In this document: positions 56,827 to 64,000 of the stretch, piece after piece
How positions within the stretch are numbered: position 1 is the stretch's first letter
How the letters are laid out: the number at the start of each line of letters is the position of its first letter
Source of the DNA: Chitinophagaceae bacterium BSSC1
Lineage (GTDB): Bacteria; Bacteroidota; Bacteroidia; Chitinophagales; Chitinophagaceae
DNA: 64,000 bases
Direction: 5' to 3'
Assembly: GCA_002256435.1 (NCBI GenBank)
Contig: NKJC01000002.1
Coordinates: 227,996-291,995, forward strand
Made by a program: the position numbers and the translations under genes
Notes under the pieces: model-generated
Seen by the model: the letters and a program-made list of their open reading frames with translations, nothing else
Database searches by the model: none
What the model was told of the DNA's origin: nothing

Positions 56827-58308
56827 TTAAATCTTGGAATAAACAATTCTCAAACGCATCCTGAATCTGGTATGCGATCCTCCTCCTAGTCTAACCCTAC
56901 CATTTGATATTTCATTGGAATAGGTTGGTGAAAGAAAGTATTGTTGTTGAATGGCCTGATTAGGATAAGGCGAAGTATAATACATGGAATCATTCACAGG
57001 GGCAGTTAAGATCATACTAAAAGCAGTATCCCTTCTTGTTGCCACACCTTGAACATACCTACTGATATTGAAATTGTATGCCGCCACCCTATCATAACCC
57101 AACATGGTTTTGTAGGTCAAATAACCTCCAAATTCTCCCACATTTGGTCCAGAAAGAGACACTACATAATCATTTGGAATATTTTTCTTGCGCCTATTTA
57201 CGCTATCATAAATACCCAAGAACAGGTATCTAGGCGGATTCATTTGTACATCGGTTGTTACCAAATTGGCATCATCCGGTACTTGTTCGGCAATCAATTC
57301 CGCTCTATGTATAATTCTATTAGAAAGTGCTTGTAAACCTGGCACCCTGATTCTAACTCCAGTTCCTGGCATGGCCTGTACATAAACCAAAGAATCTGAT
57401 TTAGGCGCTACGGTTAAATGTTTGGCAACTTCAGAGCCTGTTCTATTGCGGGTTACATAGTTAACATCGCCGGAGGCTAGTGTATTAAATTTCAAATAAG
57501 TTACTACCGTATCCCTTGCTGTAGATCCAGTACTAGCTGAACTATAGTAAAGGGCTAATTTGGTATTAGAGTCACCCAAGTTCACGTGCAACATGGCATT
57601 TGCAGGTGTTGAAGGATCTGGAATTACGGCAAAACCATTAAAATATGCTCTAAACAAAGAATCTGACTTATAGGCATTGGTAGTGTCATAGCCCGTAATC
57701 ATTCTTCTAGCAAAGCTCTTATTTAAAGGAATTCGAATTTGATTTACCGCATCTTCATACCTATTTTTCACAGAATCACCCAACCTACGAATATCTACAG
57801 TTTTAGTAGGTGCTATTGGAATACTGTAATAGTTGATTGGATTTACTTGTGGGTAGTTTACTGGATAAACTTTGAACTGATCTATCAATCCATTCAGCTC
57901 GTAAACATTCAATTTCAAAGGTTGCAATGAATCTCCATAAAAACCTCTATAACTCAAAATGAGTACCGCAGAATCTACAATGATACTGTCTCTAACACCC
58001 TGCATTGATAATGGATAAACATTGGAAGCCACTTCAAAATACAATGATGCATTTGACTTTCCAAATAAGGGATCATTATTGATCACACCTAAAACATGGT
58101 TATCAGACTTGTACAATCTGATGGTATCTTGGTCATCATAACTATCTGTATTTACATTAAACACAGTATCAAAGGTATTTACACCATCTACTGCAGGAAT
58201 CAATCCCCCACCTAGTTCTGTACTAGAAATACGGGTGCATCCAACAATAAACAGAATACCTATAATAACAAAAGAAAACAGCCGACGCCGTGTAAAAAAT
58301 GCATCCAT
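56827..58308 (-). CDS. DUF4270-like lipoprotein
   Basis: 493 aa with a signal and lipobox-like IVGC. Its position immediately downstream of the short glycogen-synthase-like gene matches the synteny I recall for DUF4270. Confidence 0.6.
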   Translation of the reverse strand: MDAFFTRRRLFSFVIIGILFIVGCTRISSTELGGGLIPAVDGVNTFDTVFNVNTDSYDDQDTIRLYKSDNHVLGVINNDPLFGKSNASLYFEVASNVYPLSMQGVRDSIIVDSAVLILSYRGFYGDSLQPLKLNVYELNGLIDQFKVYPVNYPQVNPINYYSIPIAPTKTVDIRRLGDSVKNRYEDAVNQIRIPLNKSFARRMITGYDTTNAYKSDSLFRAYFNGFAVIPDPSTPANAMLHVNLGDSNTKLALYYSSASTGSTARDTVVTYLKFNTLASGDVNYVTRNRTGSEVAKHLTVAPKSDSLVYVQAMPGTGVRIRVPGLQALSNRIIHRAELIAEQVPDDANLVTTDVQMNPPRYLFLGIYDSVNRRKKNIPNDYVVSLSGPNVGEFGGYLTYKTMLGYDRVAAYNFNISRYVQGVATRRDTAFSMILTAPVNDSMYYTSPYPNQAIQQQYFLSPTYSNEISNGRVRLGGGSHTRFRMRLRIVYSKI

Positions 58309-58318
58309 CAGTTATAAA

Positions 58319-59137
58319 TTACTTGCCCGCAAGGTCGTTGTACAATTCTAAATACTCTGTTAAATCAGAATCCCATCCTTTAAAGGGAACCGTTTTCTTG
58401 CCTTTAACTTTTGAAAAATCGTCTACCAATTTCTTTTCAATTACGTCAGAACCAAAAGTAATGGCATCTGCATAAGTGGCACCACCTCTAAACATAGCAG
58501 TATTATTATGATCTTTGAAACTATCCAAATCCTTTTCCTTGATATTGGCATTGATCATGGCTTTTTGGATAAAATCAGCTCCTAACTCTTCTGTAAATGT
58601 ATTTTGACCAATGGTAAAAACCACTTTGCTATTTCCAAAAACGGGCTCTTTTTTATAAGCTGTTTTAATATAAGCAGGAATTAATCCAGTCATCCAACCA
58701 CTACAATGAATAATGTCTGGAGGCCATCCAAATTTCTTCACTGTTTCTAGAGCACCTTTGCAGAAGAAAATGGTTCTCAAGGCATTATCGTCAAACCAAG
58801 TTTCTGATTCGTCGTGAAAAATCTGCTTTCTTTTGAAGAAGTCTTCATTTTCTAAAAAATACACTTGCAAACGAGCATTGGGCAAAGAAGCCACTTTAAT
58901 TTGCAAAGGATAGTCATCATTATCAACTGAAACATTGATTCCAGATAATCTAACCACTTCATGCAACCGATGCCTGCGCTCATTAATTACCCCAAATCTG
59001 GGCATGATACACCTCACTTCCAACCCCGTGTCATTACTCTTAATGGCTAACTTATTAATCACTTCGGCAAACTCCGTTAGCTCTAAATAAGGCGACATTT
59101 CAGTGGCAATGAATAAAATTCTTTTCTTTGTTGACAT
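58319..59137 (-). CDS. Glycogen/starch-synthase-like protein, N-terminal GT5 half only
   Basis: About 272 aa from ATG 59137 (MSTKKRILFIATEMSPY...). It resembles the GlgA N-terminal domain but ends where the C-terminal Rossmann half would begin. Confidence 0.75.
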   Translation of the reverse strand: MSTKKRILFIATEMSPYLELTEFAEVINKLAIKSNDTGLEVRCIMPRFGVINERRHRLHEVVRLSGINVSVDNDDYPLQIKVASLPNARLQVYFLENEDFFKRKQIFHDESETWFDDNALRTIFFCKGALETVKKFGWPPDIIHCSGWMTGLIPAYIKTAYKKEPVFGNSKVVFTIGQNTFTEELGADFIQKAMINANIKEKDLDSFKDHNNTAMFRGGATYADAITFGSDVIEKKLVDDFSKVKGKKTVPFKGWDSDLTEYLELYNDLAGK

Positions 59138-59236
59138 TATCACGCCATTTAATCAATACTTGAAAATAATTTGCAAAGGTACATAAAATAAAAGAACCGA
59201 TAACGTATTAGTCTCTAGTCCCACCTAAACCAAGCC

Positions 59237-60115
59237 ATGATTCTCCTTAAAACCGCTATTGAACTTCAAAATTGGATTACCAAACAAAAACTAAAAGGGG
59301 CTAAAATTGGGTTTATCCCAACTATGGGAGCCCTGCACAATGGGCATATTTCATTGATAACCAATAGCAAAAGCCAAAATCTCCTGACCGTTTGCAGTAT
59401 TTTTGTGAACCCCACCCAATTCAATGACAGTTCAGATTTTGAAAAATATCCACAAACCATTGAATCTGATATACTAGCCTTGGAAAAAGTGGGTACAGAC
59501 CTAGTTTTCCTACCAGACCTAGCCCAGATCTATCCTTCTGGCACAGGCCAACAACCCATTTACAACCTTGGAAACCTGGAAAACCTGCTAGAAGGGAAAT
59601 ATCGCCCTGGGCATTTTCAAGGAGTTTGCCAAGTGGTTGACAAGCTTTTAGACTTGGTACAACCTGATAAGCTGTTTTTGGGTCAAAAGGATTTTCAACA
59701 ATGCATGGTCATTTCTAAATTATTGGCCCTTAAGCAATCCCAAACCGAACTGGTGATTTGTCCTACTTTAAGGGAACCCTCTGGTCTGGCTATGAGTAGT
59801 AGGAATATGCGTTTATCAGAAATTGGTAGACAAAAAGCAGCTATGATCTTTCAAGTACTGAACCAAATTCAAACCAAATTGAATACCCAGCAACCTATTG
59901 ATCAACTTATTGAAGCTGGAAAAAAAGTGCTTTTGGAGGCTGGATTTGAACGCATTGACTATTTAGAGTTGGTAGAAGCCCAAAGTTTGGAACCGATTGC
60001 CCATTGGGAACCACAAAAGCAAGCAGTTCTATTGATTGCAGTTTATTTAGAAGGTATAAGATTGATTGATAATTTACCACTGATAAATGATAACATTTTT
60101 CTGCAATTTTCTTGA
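59237..60115 (+). CDS. panC: Pantoate--beta-alanine ligase
   Basis: 292 aa with PTMGALHNGH and the downstream conserved motifs. Confidence 0.95.
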   Translation: MILLKTAIELQNWITKQKLKGAKIGFIPTMGALHNGHISLITNSKSQNLLTVCSIFVNPTQFNDSSDFEKYPQTIESDILALEKVGTDLVFLPDLAQIYPSGTGQQPIYNLGNLENLLEGKYRPGHFQGVCQVVDKLLDLVQPDKLFLGQKDFQQCMVISKLLALKQSQTELVICPTLREPSGLAMSSRNMRLSEIGRQKAAMIFQVLNQIQTKLNTQQPIDQLIEAGKKVLLEAGFERIDYLELVEAQSLEPIAHWEPQKQAVLLIAVYLEGIRLIDNLPLINDNIFLQFS

Positions 60116-60139
60116 AGACAAATTTCTAGTTTCGCGGCC

Positions 60140-60484
60140 ATGCAAATAGATGTATTAAAATCCAAAATCCATAGAGCTACTATTACAGAAGCCAATCTTC
60201 ACTATGTGGGCAGTTTAACGCTAGATGAAGACTTAATGGATGCCGCCAATTTTATAGAAAACGAGAAAATTCAAGTAGTAAATGTAAACAATGGAGAAAG
60301 GTTGGAAACCTATCTAATTAAAGGTAAGCGTGGCAGTGGTATTGTTTGTTTAAACGGGCCCGCAGCCAGAAAAGGTGCGGTTGGAGATTTGGTGGTGATT
60401 CTATCTTATGCTACCATGGACTTTGAAAAAGCAAAAACATTTCAACCTTGGATTGTTTTTCCTAAGCAAGGAAATAAACTCTAA
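60140..60484 (+). CDS. panD: Aspartate 1-decarboxylase
   Basis: 114 aa with the self-processing site YVG/SLTLD. Confidence 0.95.
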   Translation: MQIDVLKSKIHRATITEANLHYVGSLTLDEDLMDAANFIENEKIQVVNVNNGERLETYLIKGKRGSGIVCLNGPAARKGAVGDLVVILSYATMDFEKAKTFQPWIVFPKQGNKL

Positions 60485-60524
60485 TTGGACAAGCTTGCTT
60501 AACTTGCCAAAGAATCAATCCTTC

Positions 60525-61541
60525 ATGAAAAAAAGACTGATAGCTATTTTAAAATATCTTTTCTTCCTAGGCATTGGGGTGTTTCTAGTTTGGTGGAGCT
60601 TGCATCAGATTCCAGCAGACAAATGGGGAGAATTTAAAAAAGCCTTACAAACCGCCAAATTTGGATTAATAGCGCCCGTATTCTTAATACTTTCTCTAAG
60701 TCATGTTTTGCGTGCTTTGAGGTGGAGAATCTTAATGGAACCAATGGGTTACCAACCCGCATTTGCAAATACATTCTTTGCCGTGATGATTGGATATTTA
60801 ACCAATTTAGCGGTACCAAGATTGGGTGAGGTATTAAAATGTACCATACTAGCCAAATATGAAAAAGTACCTGCGGAAAAACTAGTGGGTACCATTGTAG
60901 CTGAAAGGGCATTTGATGTAATTTCCCTAGGGATTGTTTTTTTGTTGGCCTTTACACTTCAATTTGAAATTGTTGGTGAATATGGCAAACAATTGTTTCA
61001 AGAAATGTTTCAAACCAAGAGTGGCAGTTTTTCATCTACCAAATTGATGATTGCCGGGTTTATCATCTTGGCCATATTTTTAGCCATCAAATTCTGGTTT
61101 AAACAATTTGCACATTTAAAACTGGTGATTCTTTTCAAGAAAATCTTAAGGGGCATTTGGGAAGGTTTAAGCAGCGTTAATAAACTCAAAAACAAGGGAC
61201 TGTTTCTTTTTTACAGTGCTGCTATTTGGTTCTTATACATACTTGGAACATGGGTAGGACTTTCTGCTACCATGGGTACAGAACACCTAGGTTTACCAGA
61301 TGCACTTTCCGCACTGGCTTTTGCTAGTATTGGTATGATTGTTACTCCTGGTGGAATTGGTGCTTATGCTTTTTTTATGGCAAAAGTATTGGAGAAATCA
61401 GGTGTTCCATTTGAACTTGGATTTGCCAATGGAACCTTACAATGGTTTGCGCAATTTCTCATTGTCTTAATTGTAGGCACCATTTGCGTGTTGGCTTTAC
61501 CCGTATACAACAAAAGAAAATTACATGAAAGCAGTCAATAG
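60525..61541 (+). CDS. UPF0104 / lysylphosphatidylglycerol-synthase-TM-region (flippase-like) membrane protein
   Basis: 338 aa from ATG 60525 (the track ORF from 60408 runs through the panD 3' end). It is a multi-TM protein with LSHVLRALRWRILMEP. Confidence 0.75.
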   Translation: MKKRLIAILKYLFFLGIGVFLVWWSLHQIPADKWGEFKKALQTAKFGLIAPVFLILSLSHVLRALRWRILMEPMGYQPAFANTFFAVMIGYLTNLAVPRLGEVLKCTILAKYEKVPAEKLVGTIVAERAFDVISLGIVFLLAFTLQFEIVGEYGKQLFQEMFQTKSGSFSSTKLMIAGFIILAIFLAIKFWFKQFAHLKLVILFKKILRGIWEGLSSVNKLKNKGLFLFYSAAIWFLYILGTWVGLSATMGTEHLGLPDALSALAFASIGMIVTPGGIGAYAFFMAKVLEKSGVPFELGFANGTLQWFAQFLIVLIVGTICVLALPVYNKRKLHESSQ

Positions 61542-62022
61542 TATCCCCAAGAAAATTGTTCCTTTAACACAATTAATAGCAATGATAGCTAGTTGGCGAG
61601 CTACTGGCAAAACAGTAGCTTTTACCAATGGTTGTTTTGATATTCTTCACGAAGGTCATATTGCTTCATTATCCCAAGCTGCACAAGAAGCCGATTATTT
61701 AATTGTTGGAGTTAATAGCGATGCTAGTGTAAAAAGGTTAAAAGGGCCTGAGAGACCCATTAATCATGAACAAAGTAGGGCCTTGCTATTGGCAAGTTTA
61801 GCCATTGTAGACGCAGTTATTATTTTTGAAGAAGATACCCCTTTAAACCTAATTACCCATCTTTTACCAGACTATTTAGTTAAAGGAGGAGACTATACTA
61901 TAGAGCAGATTGTTGGTGCCAAAGAAGTCATTGCAAATGGCGGCAAAGTAATCATCAATCCAATTGTAGAAGGTTTTTCAACTACGGGCCTAATTCAGCA
62001 AATCAAAGCTTCACATTCTTGA
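61525..62022 (+). CDS. D-glycero-beta-D-manno-heptose-1-phosphate adenylyltransferase-like cytidylyltransferase (RfaE domain II only)
   Basis: 165 aa with TNGCFDILHEGH (HxGH) and a cytidylyltransferase fold. It overlaps the upstream gene by 17 nt. Confidence 0.8.
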   Translation: MKAVNSIPKKIVPLTQLIAMIASWRATGKTVAFTNGCFDILHEGHIASLSQAAQEADYLIVGVNSDASVKRLKGPERPINHEQSRALLLASLAIVDAVIIFEEDTPLNLITHLLPDYLVKGGDYTIEQIVGAKEVIANGGKVIINPIVEGFSTTGLIQQIKASHS

Positions 62023-62084
62023 TTTTCAAACTTAACATAAGCCAATTAGCCGTTTCTTTAAATTTGTGATAGAACCTTTTTAGC

Positions 62085-64000
62085 ATGGCAAAGAAACAGT
62101 TTATACAAAGAGATATTAGTTGGCTTAGCTTTAATGCTAGGGTATTACAAGAAGCCAATGACCCTGAAGTACCTCTAAAACTCAGAATTAAGTTTTTAGG
62201 CATATTCTCCAATAATATGGATGAATTTTTCCGTGTTCGGGTAGCCACCTTAAAAAGAATGTTGGAATACGCTGAAAAAAATAAAAAGGTCAACTTCCAT
62301 TTAGAAGAAGCTCCTCAGGAAATATTAGACCAAATTCAAACCACTGTATTAAAACAACAAGGTGAGTTCAACCGCATCTGGGAAGGCATTTTAAAAGAAC
62401 TAAAAAAAGAAAAGATTTCTTTGGTCAATGAAAAACAATTGAACAAGGATCAACAAGTATTTGTAAAGCGTTTTTTTGACGAGGAAGTTCGCGCCAGCAT
62501 TATCCCTTTGATGATTGAAAGTCTGCCTCAACTCCCCTACTTAAGAGATAAAAGTATTTACTTGGGCGTGGTCATGTCTAAGAACAATTCTGCCTATAAA
62601 CAGAAATATGCTTTAATTGAAGTGCCTGCCAAAGCGGTAGGTAGGTTTGTAATTTTACCTTCTAAAGCAGGGGAAACACAAATTATTTTGTTAGAAGACG
62701 TGGTGAGGTATAACCTTCCCTATATCTTTTCCTATTTTGAATTTGACCAATTTGAATCACACGTATTTAAAGTTACAAAGGATGCAGAAATTGACATTGA
62801 CAATGATGTTAGCACCAGCTTTGTAGAGAAGATAGAAAAAGGATTAAAGAATAGAAGAAAGGGAAAGCCTGTGAGATTTGTCTATGATAGAGAAATGAAT
62901 GCAGGCTTATTAGAATACCTGATTAGAAGGCTTAGTTTGAATAGAAAAAGCAATATTATTCCCGGTGGCAGAATTCATAATTTTAGACATTTTATGGATT
63001 TTCCAGATGTTTTCAAAACTACCAAAAAGAGAAATCCTGCTTTTACCCACCCGCTTTTAAAATCTAGTATGCGGGTTACGGATGTTATTTTAAAAAAAGA
63101 CCTATTACTCAATTTCCCTTACCATTCCTTTAACGCTGTTATAGACCTTTTACGGGAAGCAGCCATGGATCCAGACGTTAACTCAATTAAGATTACTGCT
63201 TATAGACTTGCCGCAAATTCAAAAATCATCAATGCATTGATTAATGCCGCTAGAAATGGAAAAGAGGTAGTAGTGATGTTAGAACTTAAAGCAAGGTTTG
63301 ACGAAGAAGCCAATCTAGAATGGAAAAAGGTATTGGAAGAAGAAGGTGTAAAAGTTTTATTAGGTGTTCCCAAAATGAAAATACACGCCAAGCTATGTAT
63401 TATTAAAAAAAGAAAAGCCAATAAAACAATCCAATACGGCTTTGTTAGTACAGGCAACTTGAATGAGTCCACTTCAAAAGTATACAGTGACCATTGTATC
63501 ATGACCAGCAACAGAAATGTAATGGCAGATATCAATAGGATTTTCAAATATTTGGAGAACTGGCGCAATGGCTCAATACCGCTATCTGCCTGTAAAACCT
63601 TAATGGTTTGTCCCAATAATATGAGAAAAGAAATTTTGCTATTGATTAATAAAGAAATCAAATTGGCAAAAGCTGGAAAAACCGCCAAAATTATTTTGAA
63701 GGTAAATTCACTCAGTGACAATACACTGATAGAAAAATTGTATGAGGCGGCCATGGCTGGAGTTGAAATTAAGATGATTGTAAGGGGTATTTTTTGTGCC
63801 ATGCTTGAAAATAAAAAATTCAAGAAACCCCCTACTGCTATTAGTATTGTTGATGAGTATTTAGAACACGCAAGGGTTATGATTTTCCATAATGATGGAA
63901 AAGAAAGGGTATTCCTTTCTAGTGCCGATTGGATGGTGAGAAACTTAGACCATCGCGTAGAAGCAGCTATTGAAGTAACTGACCCTAGCTTGAAAACGGA
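62085..64000 (+). CDS. ppk: Polyphosphate kinase 1, 3'-truncated by the window edge
   Basis: Hand translation from ATG 62085 gives MAKKQFIQRDISWLSFNARVLQEANDPEVPLKLRIKFLGIFSNNMDEFFRVRVA.... The frame stays open to the window end. It is absent from the ORF track, probably because no stop lies within the window. Confidence 0.9.
   Translation, partial: MAKKQFIQRDISWLSFNARVLQEANDPEVPLKLRIKFLGIFSNNMDEFFRVRVATLKRMLEYAEKNKKVNFHLEEAPQEILDQIQTTVLKQQGEFNRIWEGILKELKKEKISLVNEKQLNKDQQVFVKRFFDEEVRASIIPLMIESLPQLPYLRDKSIYLGVVMSKNNSAYKQKYALIEVPAKAVGRFVILPSKAGETQIILLEDVVRYNLPYIFSYFEFDQFESHVFKVTKDAEIDIDNDVSTSFVEKIEKGLKNRRKGKPVRFVYDREMNAGLLEYLIRRLSLNRKSNIIPGGRIHNFRHFMDFPDVFKTTKKRNPAFTHPLLKSSMRVTDVILKKDLLLNFPYHSFNAVIDLLREAAMDPDVNSIKITAYRLAANSKIINALINAARNGKEVVVMLELKARFDEEANLEWKKVLEEEGVKVLLGVPKMKIHAKLCIIKKRKANKTIQYGFVSTGNLNESTSKVYSDHCIMTSNRNVMADINRIFKYLENWRNGSIPLSACKTLMVCPNNMRKEILLLINKEIKLAKAGKTAKIILKVNSLSDNTLIEKLYEAAMAGVEIKMIVRGIFCAMLENKKFKKPPTAISIVDEYLEHARVMIFHNDGKERVFLSSADWMVRNLDHRVEAAIEVTDPSLKT

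Noticed and set aside
63200-63823. 207-aa minus-strand ORF in the track
   Set aside because: It lies antisense to a clearly conserved ppk1 reading frame, which I hand-translated from 62085 to the window end. The ORF is low-complexity and hydrophobic, so it is a shadow ORF. The same reasoning applies to 62003-62293.
1-64000. Search for CRISPR arrays, tRNA/rRNA genes, transposases, integrases, toxin-antitoxin pairs, and defence-island hallmarks
   Set aside because: I saw no repeat-spacer periodicity and no tRNA-like GC-rich cloverleaf candidates in the short intergenic regions, all of which are under 300 nt. No recombinase, transposase or nuclease-ATPase gene pairs were seen. The window appears to be core chromosome.

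Overview
This 64 kb window looks like a core chromosomal segment of a Bacteroidota genome, probably Chitinophagaceae or Sphingobacteriia-like, at roughly 40% GC. The taxonomic call rests on gene content: a T9SS type-B C-terminal-domain cargo protein, four large TonB-dependent or carboxypeptidase-regulatory-domain outer-membrane proteins, a DUF4270 plus half-size glycogen-synthase pair, an OmpA protein with thrombospondin-3 repeats, and TAnnTTTG-like -7 boxes.

Coding density is high, with about 55 genes, and most of them are recognisable housekeeping functions:
- MurNAc recycling (murQ)
- hutU
- etfBA
- ispE
- a nitrogen block, gltB-gltD-amt-porin
- plsC, priA, murB, rlpA, cdd, lepB, pdhB, purC, trhO
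- a penicillin/AHL-acylase-type Ntn hydrolase
- a DbpA-type helicase
- miaE, HMG-CoA lyase, rlmB, metK, panCD, rfaE-domain-II
- a 3'-truncated ppk1 that is missing from the supplied ORF track

I saw no rRNA, tRNA, CRISPR array, transposase, integrase, or classic defence-island hallmarks. I did not find a convincing self-contained novel multi-gene system.

The most unusual items are:
1. Two tandem hairpins with an identical 22-nt core and CUGACC hexaloop in the amt-porin spacer. They are oriented like minus-strand terminators although both flanking genes are on the plus strand.
2. An orphan REC-AAA+ sigma-54-activator-like protein with a degenerate GAFTGA motif (GSFTSA) and no DNA-binding domain.
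3. An untracked 51-codon Lys/Gly/Pro-rich ORF with its own strong terminator.
4. Several tightly coupled pairs of a known gene with an unknown one: murQ with a 187-aa protein, hutU flanked by two small unknowns, a candidate lipoprotein with a TonB-dependent receptor, half-GlgA with DUF4270, and UPF0104 with RfaE-II.

All functional calls come from motif and family recognition by eye. No database search was run.
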